From: an uncultured Clostridia bacterium
GTDB lineage: Bacteria > Bacillota > Clostridia > TANB77 > CAG-508
NCBI GenBank assembly: GCA_944391955.1
Contig: CALXVG010000004.1
Location: 9,625 to 73,624, forward strand
DNA: 64,000 nucleotides
Direction of reading: 5' to 3'
This document shows positions 1 to 11,652 of this stretch, one piece after another. Both the position numbers and the translations under genes were made by a program. A model generated the notes under the pieces. It was not told the origin of the DNA. It made no database searches and was given only the letters and a program-made list of their open reading frames with translations. Within the stretch, counting starts at the first letter, position 1, and each line of letters starts with the position of its first letter.

Positions 1-1494
1 TTGTGTTGGAGTTTCAAACATCATATCGCTTAAGTCAGGTGCTTTATTATTTTCAATTTCTTCACTCATACTGAACAAATCATTTTCTTGTTCATATTGT
101 GTTTGCATTGGTTTTTGTTCTGTATTTTCTGTACTTTCTGTTGTGTCAATTGGCTCTTGCTTTTTAGGTCTACCCCTGCCGCGTTTTGGCTGATTTGGGT
201 CAATTTCTGCAACAGGTTTTGTTCTAGGTCTACCCCTGCCACGTTTTGGCTGTTCTTGTTCTACATTTTCTTGAGGTACAAGTTCTCCTTCTCCATTATT
301 TAAGCTCTCAGCTCCTAGTGGATTCACATCAGGTTGTTGTAGTTGTGCTGGTTTTACTTCTGGAACTTCTACCGGTTGGATTGTTCTTTCTTGTATTGAG
401 CCTATTTCTGGTTCAGATGAATCGTCAAACTCATCAAATAAGTTAACTCCTTTGTTATTGCTGCTTTCAGTTTCTGGCATTTCTTGAGGAATATTTGGTT
501 GTATTGGTTGAATAAATTCCTCTTCTATGAATGGGCTTGGTGGTGCATCATTTGATGTTGTCGATTTGATATTTATTTTTTGTACATTATTTGTATTCAT
601 GTTTGAAGGTATCATTATTGGTTGTGAAAGTTTTGGTTTTGTAAATTCTCTATCTATAAGTGGTTCGTCGTTTTCTTCCTCATCGTCATCATCAAAATTA
701 TTATTTTCTTTCTTCTTTCCAAAGCCTTTCTTTTGTTTTTGTAATTTTTCTTTATATTTACTTGTTTTAGCATCAAAACTTGAATTTTGACCTGGAATTC
801 CAGATGTTACTAACTGTTGATATTTTGGTGATTTTTCTTCTAAAACCGCTTTTACATGTATTGGTAAATATCTAATAATTATCTTCAATTGTGTATCTGT
901 ATATTGTGATATTATGTTGTTAAAGCTATCTACATATTTGTCTTCATTTCTTCCTAATCTCTTATAGTGTGCTAAAATGTTTTCTACTTCTGCTTCACTT
1001 ACATTGTTTTCACTGTCTTCTTGTCCAGATAAGTCATTAACTGGTATATCATAATATTGTCTTGCTAATCCCTTATCTCTAGGATTATAAATTAATTTAC
1101 AAACTTCATCAATACTACGATCTTGTCCAATTATTGCATTATATATTTCCAAATTGTATATTTTTATTAACATTTCTTCTGATTTTTTTCTTCTATCTGC
1201 ACAAAGTAATATTACTTCTATTCTTTCTTCGTTAAGTGTTTTTGCCTCTTTGCTTATATCAGTATATTTATCTAATAGGAATTTATCTATCATTCCATAA
1301 TTATTATTTGCAAATGGCTCTAAATCTTCACTTATAACTATTCTATTATAAGTTTTATCCTTTTGTAACTCTCTTATAATTGCATTAAAATAATAAACAT
1401 TTTTATATGATATTATATCTTTATATTGTTTTTCGTATTTTTTAGCTATTGCTTCTGACACATTATCATTGTTTACTGCAAATAAGATTTTCAT
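1..1494 (-). CDS. Large hypothetical protein, 3' end outside window; globular N-terminus, then low-complexity region with two AT-hook-like KRGRGRP motifs
   Basis: Manual translation: ATG at 1494 (MKILFAVNNDNVSEAIAKKY...) open to window edge; absent from ORF track because there is no stop. Confidence 0.8.
   Translation of the reverse strand, partial: MKILFAVNNDNVSEAIAKKYEKQYKDIISYKNVYYFNAIIRELQKDKTYNRIVISEDLEPFANNNYGMIDKFLLDKYTDISKEAKTLNEERIEVILLCADRRKKSEEMLIKIYNLEIYNAIIGQDRSIDEVCKLIYNPRDKGLARQYYDIPVNDLSGQEDSENNVSEAEVENILAHYKRLGRNEDKYVDSFNNIISQYTDTQLKIIIRYLPIHVKAVLEEKSPKYQQLVTSGIPGQNSSFDAKTSKYKEKLQKQKKGFGKKKENNNFDDDDEEENDEPLIDREFTKPKLSQPIMIPSNMNTNNVQKINIKSTTSNDAPPSPFIEEEFIQPIQPNIPQEMPETESSNNKGVNLFDEFDDSSEPEIGSIQERTIQPVEVPEVKPAQLQQPDVNPLGAESLNNGEGELVPQENVEQEQPKRGRGRPRTKPVAEIDPNQPKRGRGRPKKQEPIDTTESTENTEQKPMQTQYEQENDLFSMSEEIENNKAPDLSDMMFETPTQ
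165..252. repeat. 28-bp direct repeat with 60-bp period encoding QPKRGRGRP twice
   Basis: taggtctacccctgcc(g/a)cgttttggctg at 165-192 and 225-252. Confidence 0.85.
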
Positions 1495-1498
1495 ATGT

Positions 1499-1906
1499 TT
1501 ATCCCCTCCAACCTGTTACTACTATCGCATATATAAATGGTAATACTTGACATATTACTAATATCGTAATAAAAGTTATTATAAGTCCAAAACCTCTATG
1601 TTTATAATCTAATCGTCTTGTTCCCATAGCAAATTGGAACATAGCACCTACTGCTATTCCCACAAAACAAATTGGGATACTATATATTCTAACTATTTCT
1701 TCTAATATGTAGCCTGCTAGCCAATATTCTTCAGAACCATATTTTTCTGTATATTTAATTTTTTTCTGCTCCATTTCATCTTTTACTTGAGATAGTTCGC
1801 TCTTATTAGTTTCTTCCAATGTGTTTACTTCTGTTGCATACACTGTGTTGGAAATTGTTAATAAGCTTATCATAAGAATCATGATTAGTGCAATTGTTTT
1901 CTTCAT
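1499..1906 (-). CDS. Small membrane protein: signal peptide plus two C-terminal TM helices (TrbC/VirB2-pilin-like topology)
   Basis: MKKTIALIMILMISLL...VYA signal; GGAGGT RBS before 1906; hydrophobic C-terminus. Confidence 0.6.
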   Translation of the reverse strand: MKKTIALIMILMISLLTISNTVYATEVNTLEETNKSELSQVKDEMEQKKIKYTEKYGSEEYWLAGYILEEIVRIYSIPICFVGIAVGAMFQFAMGTRRLDYKHRGFGLIITFITILVICQVLPFIYAIVVTGWRG

Positions 1907-2007
1907 ATTTACCTCCATATCATTATTTGTTTCACCTATATATCATACAATATTATGAAAAAAATAGCAAGTTTATTTCTAGAATTTTTATAATTTTAAT
2001 AAGATTA

Positions 2008-2046
2008 ATAAAAATACATCAACCTTGCAGTTGATGTATTTTTATT
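2008..2046 (-). terminator. Intrinsic terminator
   Basis: aaaaatacatcaac-cttgca-gttgatgtattttt hairpin. Confidence 0.75.
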
Positions 2047-3271
2047 ATGTCATTTCTTTCATTTTTATGTCTCTTACATGTTCTATCTTTTCCCATGTTG
2101 TATCTGGTTTTATTAATGCTTTTATATTTATTAATATCCATGAACCCATAAAAATTGGATAACACAATATTCCTTTTACCATAGGTTTAACTGGTCTTTT
2201 ATCTAATATCAATGTTAATATTCCTGTTAGTGGAGGTATTAGGAATGTTGCCACTATATATTTTGCATAATTCCATATTAATCCTGTTATTGTCATTCCA
2301 TCTCCTAGGTAAATTGCCAAATTCACTCCTAATAAAGCTAACGTTACAATCAATATTGGCATTCCCATAAGATATAGTAATCCATCCACATTCATTACTT
2401 TTTTATTTCTTACAACACTTTTTGCTAAATCTTTAACATAATATTTAAAGCATTGTATATGTCCTACTGACCACCTTGTTCTTTGTGTCCAAGATTGTTT
2501 AAAGCCTAATGGTTGTTCATCATATACTTTGGCATCTGTTGCCCATCCTAAAGCTCTTCCTTTTGAAATGTTTATTAATGAAAATTCTATATCCTCTGTT
2601 AAAGTTTTTGTGTTCCATCCTTCTTCTTTTATTAAATCATATTTTACCATAAAGCCTGTTCCATTTAATAATGGTGATAATCCTATATTATATCTTGCTA
2701 GATGATAAAATCTATGCATTGTCCAATAAAATAGTGCATATCCTGCTGTTACCCATGTATCTGCTGGATTTTTTATATCTCTATATCCTTGTACTACTTC
2801 TTCCCCTTGGCAAAGTTTTTTATTCATATTTATAATAAATTCTGAATCCACTATATTATCCGCATCAAATACACATACTGCATCATATTCTGCTTTCTCT
2901 TCAATTTTTTTATTGAAGAACCATTGCATTGCATATCCTTTTGTTTTATGATCTGGATCTGTTCTTTCATAAACTATCGCTCCAGCTTTTCTTGCTACTT
3001 CTGCGGTATTGTCTGTACAATTATCTGCAATAACGTATATATCAAGTTTGTCTTTAGGATAATTTTGTTTTCTTAAGCTTTCTACTAGGTTTGCTACCAC
3101 CTTTTCCTCATTGTGTGCTGGAATCAATGCCATAAATTTATGTTCTTTGTTAACTAATAATGGTTTTTCTTTGAATTTAATTAATGAACATACACTAATT
3201 CCTATATTATATACCCAAAATATTGTTATAATCCAAACTAGTGCTTGTTGCAAAATATACAAATACTCCAT
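2045..3271 (-). CDS. GT2 family membrane glycosyltransferase (cellulose synthase-like)
   Basis: IPAHNEE, DADN, TED and QRTRW motifs; flanking TM helices. Confidence 0.9.
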   Translation of the reverse strand: MEYLYILQQALVWIITIFWVYNIGISVCSLIKFKEKPLLVNKEHKFMALIPAHNEEKVVANLVESLRKQNYPKDKLDIYVIADNCTDNTAEVARKAGAIVYERTDPDHKTKGYAMQWFFNKKIEEKAEYDAVCVFDADNIVDSEFIINMNKKLCQGEEVVQGYRDIKNPADTWVTAGYALFYWTMHRFYHLARYNIGLSPLLNGTGFMVKYDLIKEEGWNTKTLTEDIEFSLINISKGRALGWATDAKVYDEQPLGFKQSWTQRTRWSVGHIQCFKYYVKDLAKSVVRNKKVMNVDGLLYLMGMPILIVTLALLGVNLAIYLGDGMTITGLIWNYAKYIVATFLIPPLTGILTLILDKRPVKPMVKGILCYPIFMGSWILINIKALIKPDTTWEKIEHVRDIKMKEMT

Positions 3272-3295
3272 TTTTTACTCCTTTTCTACATAAAA

Positions 3296-3958
3296 TTATA
3301 TAGCTTCTTCTTTGTTTTCTTCATCCTCTTCTTTATTTATAAGTTCTAAGCTGCTTACTGATACTTCATATGCTGTTTTGTTTTCAACTGTACCATCTTC
3401 ATATTTTTTCTCATAAGCTCTAGATTGTACTCTTCCTATAATTTTGATTTCTGTTCCTGTTTCCATATCAGCACAGAATCTTGCATTTCTTCCCCATGCT
3501 ATACATGGTATGTAATCTGATTTATTATATGCTCTATTTACTGCTAGTAATATATCTGAAATTTCTCTTCCAAATGGTGTTTTTCTATATATTGGTTTTC
3601 TACATATGTGTCCTAATAATTGTACTTCATTAGGAACTTTTATTTCTTCCTCTTCGCTTTTTTCTTTTATTTCTTTTACGAAAACTGTTAAAATTAATCT
3701 ACTTTTTGTATCTTCATATGTATTATATGATCTAAATTGTCCTTCAACTATGACTTCTTTTCCTATTTGTAAATCAAAATTTGTCATTAATCTTTCAGAT
3801 ATTGTAATTGGAATTATATCTGATGTTCCACTCAAACGTGGTATTTCTAAGTTGAAACTATAAAAGCTTTCTCCATAAATTTCGTGACTAAACTCTTTCT
3901 CGCTTGTAACTTTACCAACTAATACTAAAGAGTTGTTTTGTGAATAATTTGTAACCAA
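3296..3958 (-). CDS. Single-stranded DNA-binding protein with tandem OB folds (clostridial type)
   Basis: FSHEIYGE, RKTPFGREI, LAVNR, SDYIPCIAWG and GRVQSR motifs. Confidence 0.85.
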   Translation of the reverse strand: MVTNYSQNNSLVLVGKVTSEKEFSHEIYGESFYSFNLEIPRLSGTSDIIPITISERLMTNFDLQIGKEVIVEGQFRSYNTYEDTKSRLILTVFVKEIKEKSEEEEIKVPNEVQLLGHICRKPIYRKTPFGREISDILLAVNRAYNKSDYIPCIAWGRNARFCADMETGTEIKIIGRVQSRAYEKKYEDGTVENKTAYEVSVSSLELINKEEDEENKEEAI

Positions 3959-4093
3959 TTTTATTTCCTCCTTCTTTTCGTCTTAAGTATATAATATTTT
4001 ACTTTCGACTAGTCTGTTTTGCCAGACATATTCTATTATACTACTTTTTTCCTGTTTTGTCTACATAAAATGGTAAAATTATGTTATTTTTTC

Positions 4094-4570
4094 TTATTTG
4101 GCAATAGTTAGTATCTTATATTTTGCCACTCCTCCTGGAGTATGTGCCTCAATTATTTGACCTTTTTTTGCTCCTATCAGTGCTGCTCCTATTGGTGATT
4201 CATTAGAAATTTTGTTATGTTTTATGTCTACTTCTGTTGAGCCTACAATAGTATATTCCATTTCTTCATTATATTCTATATCTAATATTTTTACAGTATT
4301 TCCTACTTGAACTGTTTTTGTATTTATCTCTGATTCATCTATTATTTTTGCATATCTTAATTTATTTTCTAAATCCGCTATTTTTATTTCATTTGCTGCT
4401 TGTGCATTTTTTGCTTCATCATATTCAGAATTTTCTGATAAGTCTCCGAATCCCAATGCGACTTTGATTCTCTCTGAAATTTCTGCTCTTGCTTCAGTTT
4501 TTAAATATTCTAACTCCTTTTCTAATTTTTCATATCCTTCTTGTGTCAATAAAATTTCTTTTTCTTCCAT
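4094..4570 (-). CDS. greA: Transcription elongation factor GreA
   Basis: [24 protein letters not shown]. Confidence 0.97.
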   Translation of the reverse strand: MEEKEILLTQEGYEKLEKELEYLKTEARAEISERIKVALGFGDLSENSEYDEAKNAQAANEIKIADLENKLRYAKIIDESEINTKTVQVGNTVKILDIEYNEEMEYTIVGSTEVDIKHNKISNESPIGAALIGAKKGQIIEAHTPGGVAKYKILTIAK

Positions 4571-4630
4571 TATAATTACCCCTTTTTATTGTTTAACTAA
4601 TCTTACTCTACAAAAGATAATTTGTCAATA

Positions 4631-5494
4631 CTAAATGCTTAAAAATTCATTTTTATTTATTATGCCATTTTTACCAACTAAATTTTTGATTTTAATTTTT
4701 TCTTTTCTTATTTGTTTTTGTATTTCTGTTATAGTTTTATTTTTTATAGCAGCCTCATAAACATATTTATCATCAAAATTATTTAGTTTGTATCCCTCTG
4801 GAATTATTATATTATATGAATTAATATTTATTCCTGTAAATTTTTTTGATGCAATTTCTATGTTAGGGGGAATATTCAATATTATTGCTCTTGTATTAAT
4901 ATAATATCTATTTATCATAAGTGCATTAAAATCAATATTTATAATTATATTTGAATTTACCAAATCTCTTTTAATATTATTCGATATTCTTATTAATATT
5001 CCCAATTCTTCATATAAATAATTAATTATTTTATTAAATCTATATGAAAAGTTGGTTACGATATTAACTGTCTTAGCTTTTTGTGCAATTTCCAGTATAT
5101 TATTTAAATTGATTTCATTAGTTTCGTCTACTAATATGGTTATTTTTTCTTTCTGTATATTAGTATTTTTATAATAACAGATTGTATCTATAATATTTGA
5201 CAATAATATTCTATATAGTATTCTTCCATCTAATATATCTATTTTATTATTTATTAAATTTTCTTTTAGTATATTATTTTTTAATAATTCATTTGATAAT
5301 ACAATATATTTTATTTTTTTATCATGAAGCTTCTTTATCAATCTTGTAATAATTTTTTCTGATTTTTTCGTTTTAGTATTTTCTTTTATAGGTAATAAAA
5401 ATATATCTTTTCCAGATATATTTTCTTCTTGTATTGTATTTAAGATTTTGTGTTTAAATTTAAGTTCTTCAATTTCTTTTATATATGCTACCAT
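4631..5494 (-). CDS. Hypothetical protein
   Basis: 287-aa ORF with RBS-like GGTGAG; no recognised motif. Confidence 0.65.
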   Translation of the reverse strand: MVAYIKEIEELKFKHKILNTIQEENISGKDIFLLPIKENTKTKKSEKIITRLIKKLHDKKIKYIVLSNELLKNNILKENLINNKIDILDGRILYRILLSNIIDTICYYKNTNIQKEKITILVDETNEINLNNILEIAQKAKTVNIVTNFSYRFNKIINYLYEELGILIRISNNIKRDLVNSNIIINIDFNALMINRYYINTRAIILNIPPNIEIASKKFTGININSYNIIIPEGYKLNNFDDKYVYEAAIKNKTITEIQKQIRKEKIKIKNLVGKNGIINKNEFLSI

Positions 5495-5542
5495 ATACTC
5501 ACCTAAATAATTATATTACACAAAATCTTAAATAATTCTTTT

Positions 5543-6985
5543 CTAATATTGTCTTCCCCAAATAATAAATTTATCTGCTGGTTTACCACAACATACACAC
5601 TTGTCATCAATTACTTCTTTTTCAAATGGTAAACATCTTGAATGTGCACCTGTAAGTTCTTTTATTTTATCTTCACATTCTTCTGAACCACACCACATTG
5701 TTTTTATAAGTCCTTGATTTGAATTGATTTTTTCCACAAATTCATCTAGATTGTGTGCTGTTGATGTTCTTTTTTCCATATTAGTTTTACATTCTTCAAA
5801 CATATTCTTTTGAATATTTTCTAATAGTGTATCTAACTTTTCTTCTAATTCATCTAATTTTACAACTATTTTTTCTGATGTATCTCTTCTAACTAATACA
5901 CATTCTCCGTTTTCTATATCTCGTGGTCCTAATTCTATTCTTACTGGTACCCCTCTCATCTCCCAATCATTAAATTTATATCCTGGTGTATAGTTTTCTC
6001 TAGTATCACATTCCATTCTATATTTTTTATTTAATTTTTGATATAGTTCTTGTGCTTTATCTAGTACACCTTCTTTTTTTATTGCAATAGGAACAATAAC
6101 TGCTTGTATTGGTGCTACTCTTGGTGGTAATTTTAATCCTCTATTATCTCCATGTGCCATAATTGTTGCACCTATTAATCTAGTGCTAATTCCCCATGAT
6201 GTTTGATATGCATATTCTTCTTTTCCTTCTTTATTTTGAAATACAATATTAAATGGTTTTGTAAAGTTTTGTCCAAAATAATGTGATGTACCTGCTTGTA
6301 AAGCTCTTCCATCATGCATTAAAGTTTCTACTGTATATGTATCTACTGCTCCTGCAAATTTTTCTTTGTCTGTTTTTTTGCCTTTAATTACTGGGATTGC
6401 TAACAATTCTTCTAGTACTTCTGCATAGATATTAAGCATTTTTTGTGTTCTTTCTTCTGCTTCTTCTGCTGTTGCATGTATTGTATGCCCCTCTTGCCAT
6501 AAGAACTCTCTTGAACGTAGAAATGGTCTAGTTTCTTTTTCCCATCTTAAAACATTACACCATTGATTATAAACCATTGGTAAATCTCTCCAAGATTTAA
6601 CCCATTTTGAATATAAATTTGAAAACATTGTTTCAGAAGTTGGTCTTATACATAATTTCTCTTCTAATTCATCTTGTCCGCCTATAGTTACCCATGCCAC
6701 TTCAGGCGCAAATCCTTCTACATGTTCTTTTTCTTTATTTAAAAGGCTTTCTGGAATTAATACTGGTAAATATATATTTTTTACTCCACTTGCTTTGAAT
6801 TTCTCATCAGTATATTTTTGTATATTCTCCCATATTGCATATCCATATGGTTTAATTGCTATACATCCTTTTGTATCTGTATAGTCTGCCAAATCAGCCT
6901 TTATAACAATATCAGTATACCATTTAGCAAAATTTTCTTCTATATTGGTAATTTCCTTTACGAAATTTTCTTCATTCTTACTCAT
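5543..6985 (-). CDS. proS: Proline--tRNA ligase (archaeal/eukaryote-like type)
   Basis: [33 protein letters not shown]; C-terminal Zn cysteines. Confidence 0.97.
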   Translation of the reverse strand: MSKNEENFVKEITNIEENFAKWYTDIVIKADLADYTDTKGCIAIKPYGYAIWENIQKYTDEKFKASGVKNIYLPVLIPESLLNKEKEHVEGFAPEVAWVTIGGQDELEEKLCIRPTSETMFSNLYSKWVKSWRDLPMVYNQWCNVLRWEKETRPFLRSREFLWQEGHTIHATAEEAEERTQKMLNIYAEVLEELLAIPVIKGKKTDKEKFAGAVDTYTVETLMHDGRALQAGTSHYFGQNFTKPFNIVFQNKEGKEEYAYQTSWGISTRLIGATIMAHGDNRGLKLPPRVAPIQAVIVPIAIKKEGVLDKAQELYQKLNKKYRMECDTRENYTPGYKFNDWEMRGVPVRIELGPRDIENGECVLVRRDTSEKIVVKLDELEEKLDTLLENIQKNMFEECKTNMEKRTSTAHNLDEFVEKINSNQGLIKTMWCGSEECEDKIKELTGAHSRCLPFEKEVIDDKCVCCGKPADKFIIWGRQY

Positions 6986-7013
6986 TATTTTTCTCCTCTT
7001 TAATAAATTTATG

Positions 7014-7604
7014 TTATTTTTCTTTATTTGTAGAATTTTCTTTTTCTACCTGTTCTGCCAAAATATCATCAATTACAATCTGTTCATTTTCATCGATTTT
7101 ATATCTCGGCAATTCGGGTAATTCATCTAAACTTGAAATTCCAAATAGTTTAAGAAACTCTTTTGTTGTTCTATATGTTGTTGGTCTACCTGGTGCATCT
7201 AATTTCCCTGCATCCTCTATTAAATTATATTCTAATAGTTTATATATAGTCCCATCTGAATTTACTCCTCTAATACTTTCTATTTCTGCTCTTGTTATTT
7301 TAGGATTATATGCAATTATTGCAAGTGTTTCCATTGCTGCATTTGAAATTGATGGTTTTACTCTATTATCTAATATTGGATATATATATTCATAATAATC
7401 TTTTTTGGTACATAATTGATACGTATTTTCAATTTTTATTATTTGAATACCTCTATTTTCTTCTTCGTATTTTTCTTGCATTTTTTTTATTATATTTTCT
7501 ATTTCTTCTTCTGATAACTCTAGAGTTGTTATTAATTCATTTGTTTCAACTGGTCTGCCTGCTGCAAAAAGTATTGCTTCGACGATTGCCTCCATTTTTT
7601 CCAT
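7014..7604 (-). CDS. scpB: SMC-Scp complex subunit ScpB
   Basis: [32 protein letters not shown]. Confidence 0.95.
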   Translation of the reverse strand: MEKMEAIVEAILFAAGRPVETNELITTLELSEEEIENIIKKMQEKYEEENRGIQIIKIENTYQLCTKKDYYEYIYPILDNRVKPSISNAAMETLAIIAYNPKITRAEIESIRGVNSDGTIYKLLEYNLIEDAGKLDAPGRPTTYRTTKEFLKLFGISSLDELPELPRYKIDENEQIVIDDILAEQVEKENSTNKEK

Positions 7605-7618
7605 AGTCTTTCATTCCT

Positions 7619-9409
7619 TTATACATTTCTAAAAATCTCTTCAAATTTTTCTTCTGATATAGTTTCATTTTCTAGTAAAGCTTCTGCAACTGCATGTAAT
7701 TTATCCATATTATTTATGATTAAACTTTGTGCTCTTGAATATGCTTTATCTATTATTGTTTTTACTTCTACACCTATTATGTCTTCTATATTGTTTCCAA
7801 ATGTTTGTAATTCATATTGTTCTTTTGTTTCAAGATTAATAGGACCTATCTTGTCGCTCATTCCATATTTCTTTACCATATCTTTTGCAACTTCTGTTGC
7901 AACTTCTATATCATTACTTGCTCCTGTTGAAATATCATCTAGTGCAATTTTTTCTGCTGCTCTTCCTCCAAGTAGGGCTACAATTTTTTCTTCCATTTCG
8001 GTTTTAGATATATAGTACTTGTCTTCATTTGTCTTATACATTGTATATCCACCTGCTAGGCCTCTTGGTATTATTGAAATTTCTTTTACATTGTCTTGTG
8101 TTGGTAAAAATCTACTTACAACAGCATGTCCTGCTTCATGATATGCTGTTAATTTTTTATCTTTTTGTGATATTACTCTACTCTGTTTTTGTAGACCAAC
8201 AGTTACTTTCTTTATTGCTTCTTCTAAATCATTCATATTGATTTCTTCGTGATTATTAATTGTAGCTATAATTGCTGCCTCATTTAATATATTTGCTAAC
8301 TCTGCACCTGTAAATCCTGCTGTATCTTTTGCAATTTCTTTTAAATCTATATCTGGTCCTAGTTTTTTATCTGCTGAATGTATTTTTAATATTTCCTCTC
8401 TGCCTTTAGCATCTGGTGCTGCAATTGTTACTTGTCTATCGAATCTTCCTGGACGTAATAATGCTTTATCTAACATTTCTGGTCTATTTGTTGCAGCTAA
8501 AACTATAATTGTTTCATTTGTTTCAAATCCATCCATTTCTACTAATAATTGATTTAATGTTTGATTGTTTTCAGATTCTGCACCACTTCCGCCTGTTCTT
8601 CTTGAACCTATTGCATCTATTTCATCTATAAATACTATACATGGTGCAACTTTCTTTGCTTTTTCAAATAATTTTCTTACTCTTGATGCTCCTAAGCCTG
8701 CAAACATTTCTATGAATTCTGAACCACTCATTGATATAAATGGAACTCCAGCTTCTCCTGCAATAGCTTTTGCAATTAATGTTTTACCTGTCCCTGGTTT
8801 ACCATAAAGTAATATTCCTTTAGGTATTTTCGCCCCCATTTCATGGAATTTTTTCGGTTCTTTTAAGAAATTTACTATTTCTATTAATTCATTTTTTTCT
8901 TCTTCTAATCCTGCAACATCTTTAAATGTTGTTCCTGTTTTCTGACTTTCAGCATCATATGTTTTACTTTTATCACCAAGTCCTTGCATTTTTAGTATGA
9001 CAACAAACAATATGATTAATAGGATTGTTGGTAATAAACTGAATAGTTTACTTGGTAAAGTAACCCATGTACTAGCTGGTTCTTGTTTTAATTCAACATA
9101 GTTTCCTTCTTTTGCTTGTTCTTGAATTAGTTCAACAAAAGCTTGTGTACTTGGTATAATGGCCTTTTTTTCTTCTTCTTCATTTTTTAATTTTACTTTA
9201 ATTGTAGTGCTTCCTACTGTCATGTCAATTTTTTCTACTGATTTTTCTTGCATAATTTTATACATTAAATCAGAATACGCTATCTCATTATCTGTTTTCT
9301 TTGAGTTAGTTAATACTACTGCCAAAACAATTAGACTTATTAAAAGTAATATTCCTAATACAATATATAAATTTCTTTCACTATGTTTGTTATTTCCTTT
9401 TTCTTTCAT
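7619..9409 (-). CDS. ftsH: ATP-dependent zinc metalloprotease FtsH
   Basis: 2 TM helices, GKPGTGKT, DEID, LLRPGRFDR, HEAGH. Confidence 0.97.
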   Translation of the reverse strand: MKEKGNNKHSERNLYIVLGILLLISLIVLAVVLTNSKKTDNEIAYSDLMYKIMQEKSVEKIDMTVGSTTIKVKLKNEEEEKKAIIPSTQAFVELIQEQAKEGNYVELKQEPASTWVTLPSKLFSLLPTILLIILFVVILKMQGLGDKSKTYDAESQKTGTTFKDVAGLEEEKNELIEIVNFLKEPKKFHEMGAKIPKGILLYGKPGTGKTLIAKAIAGEAGVPFISMSGSEFIEMFAGLGASRVRKLFEKAKKVAPCIVFIDEIDAIGSRRTGGSGAESENNQTLNQLLVEMDGFETNETIIVLAATNRPEMLDKALLRPGRFDRQVTIAAPDAKGREEILKIHSADKKLGPDIDLKEIAKDTAGFTGAELANILNEAAIIATINNHEEINMNDLEEAIKKVTVGLQKQSRVISQKDKKLTAYHEAGHAVVSRFLPTQDNVKEISIIPRGLAGGYTMYKTNEDKYYISKTEMEEKIVALLGGRAAEKIALDDISTGASNDIEVATEVAKDMVKKYGMSDKIGPINLETKEQYELQTFGNNIEDIIGVEVKTIIDKAYSRAQSLIINNMDKLHAVAEALLENETISEEKFEEIFRNV

Positions 9410-10522
9410 TTATATATACTCCCTTCTTATTTTTCTATCTAGATATAATGGATTTATATTTATCTCAACAATATCATTCATATTAATATCACTATCAGTT
9501 ATATCTATGATAGCATGGTACATCCCTAATGTTCCTATTATATCATAGTTTTTGCCATTAATTCTAACTGTAAGTTTTTCTTTTTTGAATAAGCTCTTTA
9601 TGCTTCTATATAAATTTCTTATTTTATCAATTTTTCTAAACATATCTTGTCTGGGACCAATATTAAAACCTTCTCCATATCCAAACGGTATTATGGCTAT
9701 TTGTGTTTTTCTTTTCGTTTTATATGCATTTGCATAACTTATATTAAACCCTTTTGGCACTGTCTTTATCTCAGCAATATTTACTTGGAATTCTCCTAAT
9801 TTTTTTAGCCCTATATCAACTTCAGCATTTACTCTACCTAAAAAAGCTGAACCTATCCTTGCCGCATTGAGATGCATATTAGGATAATTTAAAAAAGCTG
9901 GTGAATTGCAAATATGTTTCATCTTTATTTTTATATTATTTGTTTCTAATACTTCAATAAGATTTATAAATCTGTTAAACTGTTCTTTGGTACACTTATT
10001 ATTTTTATAATATGATATAGAAAAATGTGAATATATTCCTTCTATTTGAATATTTTTATTTAAATGTTCTATGGTTTCAACAATAGTTCTATAATCATCA
10101 TAAATAAAGCCATATCTGCCAAAACCTGTATCTATCTTAATATGTGCTCTTATATTATGCCCTTCTTCTGCTATTTCATTAGCTAGTTGTGCCGATTTTG
10201 TAGAACCAATTGTTATAAGGATATCCTTTTCTACAAGTTCTTGCAATTCTTCTTTAGAGTTTATTGTTGATAGCATTAGAATATCTACTTTTATATCATT
10301 TCTTCGTAGTTCTAATGCTTCTTCAACAGTTGCTACTGCAAGCATTTTGATTCCACTATTTATTAAAAATTTTGAATATTTTATTAAATCTAGTCCATAA
10401 CCATTTCCTTTAACAATCCCTATAATTGTATATTCTTCATTATTATCTAGTTTTGGTGCATAATTTTTTATTTTTTCTATGTTTTCTTTTAAGGTCTTTT
10501 GGTCTATCACTAATTTCTTCAA
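9410..10522 (-). CDS. alr: Alanine racemase
   Basis: VKGNGYG, HIKIDTGFGRYG, YSHF, HICNS. Confidence 0.9.
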   Translation of the reverse strand: MKKLVIDQKTLKENIEKIKNYAPKLDNNEEYTIIGIVKGNGYGLDLIKYSKFLINSGIKMLAVATVEEALELRRNDIKVDILMLSTINSKEELQELVEKDILITIGSTKSAQLANEIAEEGHNIRAHIKIDTGFGRYGFIYDDYRTIVETIEHLNKNIQIEGIYSHFSISYYKNNKCTKEQFNRFINLIEVLETNNIKIKMKHICNSPAFLNYPNMHLNAARIGSAFLGRVNAEVDIGLKKLGEFQVNIAEIKTVPKGFNISYANAYKTKRKTQIAIIPFGYGEGFNIGPRQDMFRKIDKIRNLYRSIKSLFKKEKLTVRINGKNYDIIGTLGMYHAIIDITDSDINMNDIVEININPLYLDRKIRREYI

Positions 10523-10524
10523 AA

Positions 10525-11586
10525 TTATTTTCCTCTTCCTTTTAAATTTCTCTTTATTCTTGCTAACTTTTTATACAACTTTTCAGAAATTTTATATAAC
10601 TTATATATTATTGGTCTAGGATTTAAATATATTTCACCAAGGAATTCTGTAAATTCTGCATTAAATCCTTTTTTAAATCTATATAGTCCATATTGTGGAT
10701 GTGATTCATCTACAATTCCTACTACTCCTCTAAAATCATACATGTCTTTTTTATTCTCAATTGAATATTTTATCATTTCCCATTGTAATAAGTAATTTGG
10801 CATTAAATTTCTATGTTCATTACTACTTGCGCCATATAAATACCATATTTTGTTTCCATATATAATATCTATTATTCCTGATATTGGTTTTCCTTCATAA
10901 TATGCCATCATTAGTTTTAAATGATTGGGAGCTAGTTCATCATACATTTTTTCAAAATATGATAATGGTCTAGTTAAAAAGTTGTCTCTTTTTCCTGTTA
11001 TTTCCATTATCTTTGTAAAGTCTTTTAAATCTTCCCTTGTTCCTTCTCTTATTTCTACACCTTTTTTTGTTGCTAATCTGATATTATATCTAGTTTTAGA
11101 ATGAAAAGCAGAAAAAATTTCATCTTCTGTTTTATCTTTTATATCTAATCTAAAAACATATCTTGGTTGAATTCCTTCATTAAAGTCCTTTGCATCGTCT
11201 TTAATTTTAAACCCTGATTTAGCGACAATTTCCCTAAAAGTTGAATCATCGCTTTTTACATCGGGTTCCCATTTTATTGTAAATGCTTTATATTTTTTCC
11301 CAAGTTCTTTTAGACCATCCATTAAGTCTTTCAATACCTCTTCATCATGTATATCACATATTGGTCCTCTTGAAGCATATAACAGATTACCCCAAATAGG
11401 AACTTTTCTTATTAAAACACTTAATGCACCAACTATATTTCCTTTTTTGTCTTTTGAAATTATAACTTCATTTTTCCAATTTCCTTTTACTTTAGCCCAT
11501 TCTGGCGATTGTTGAAAATTACATCTATCGTGATTTTCTAAAAATTCTTTATATGCTTGTCTATCTTTTTCAGCTAATATTTCCAT
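10525..11586 (-). CDS. FemX/FemAB-family lipid II aminoacyl transferase
   Basis: FQQSPEWAKVK, RGP, KTRYNIR, YLYGAS, GLYRFKKGF. Confidence 0.9.
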   Translation of the reverse strand: MEILAEKDRQAYKEFLENHDRCNFQQSPEWAKVKGNWKNEVIISKDKKGNIVGALSVLIRKVPIWGNLLYASRGPICDIHDEEVLKDLMDGLKELGKKYKAFTIKWEPDVKSDDSTFREIVAKSGFKIKDDAKDFNEGIQPRYVFRLDIKDKTEDEIFSAFHSKTRYNIRLATKKGVEIREGTREDLKDFTKIMEITGKRDNFLTRPLSYFEKMYDELAPNHLKLMMAYYEGKPISGIIDIIYGNKIWYLYGASSNEHRNLMPNYLLQWEMIKYSIENKKDMYDFRGVVGIVDESHPQYGLYRFKKGFNAEFTEFLGEIYLNPRPIIYKLYKISEKLYKKLARIKRNLKGRGK

Positions 11587-11652
11587 CTTTTTCTTCCTTT
11601 CCAAAGCACAAATAGTTTGAAAAAGAATGGTTACTTTTTCAAACTTTTGTTG

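Noticed and set aside
165-9860. AGG as a second shifty codon
   Set aside because: In-frame AGG is read normally, e.g. GGC-AGG-GGT in the AT-hooks and GCA-AGG-ATA in alr.
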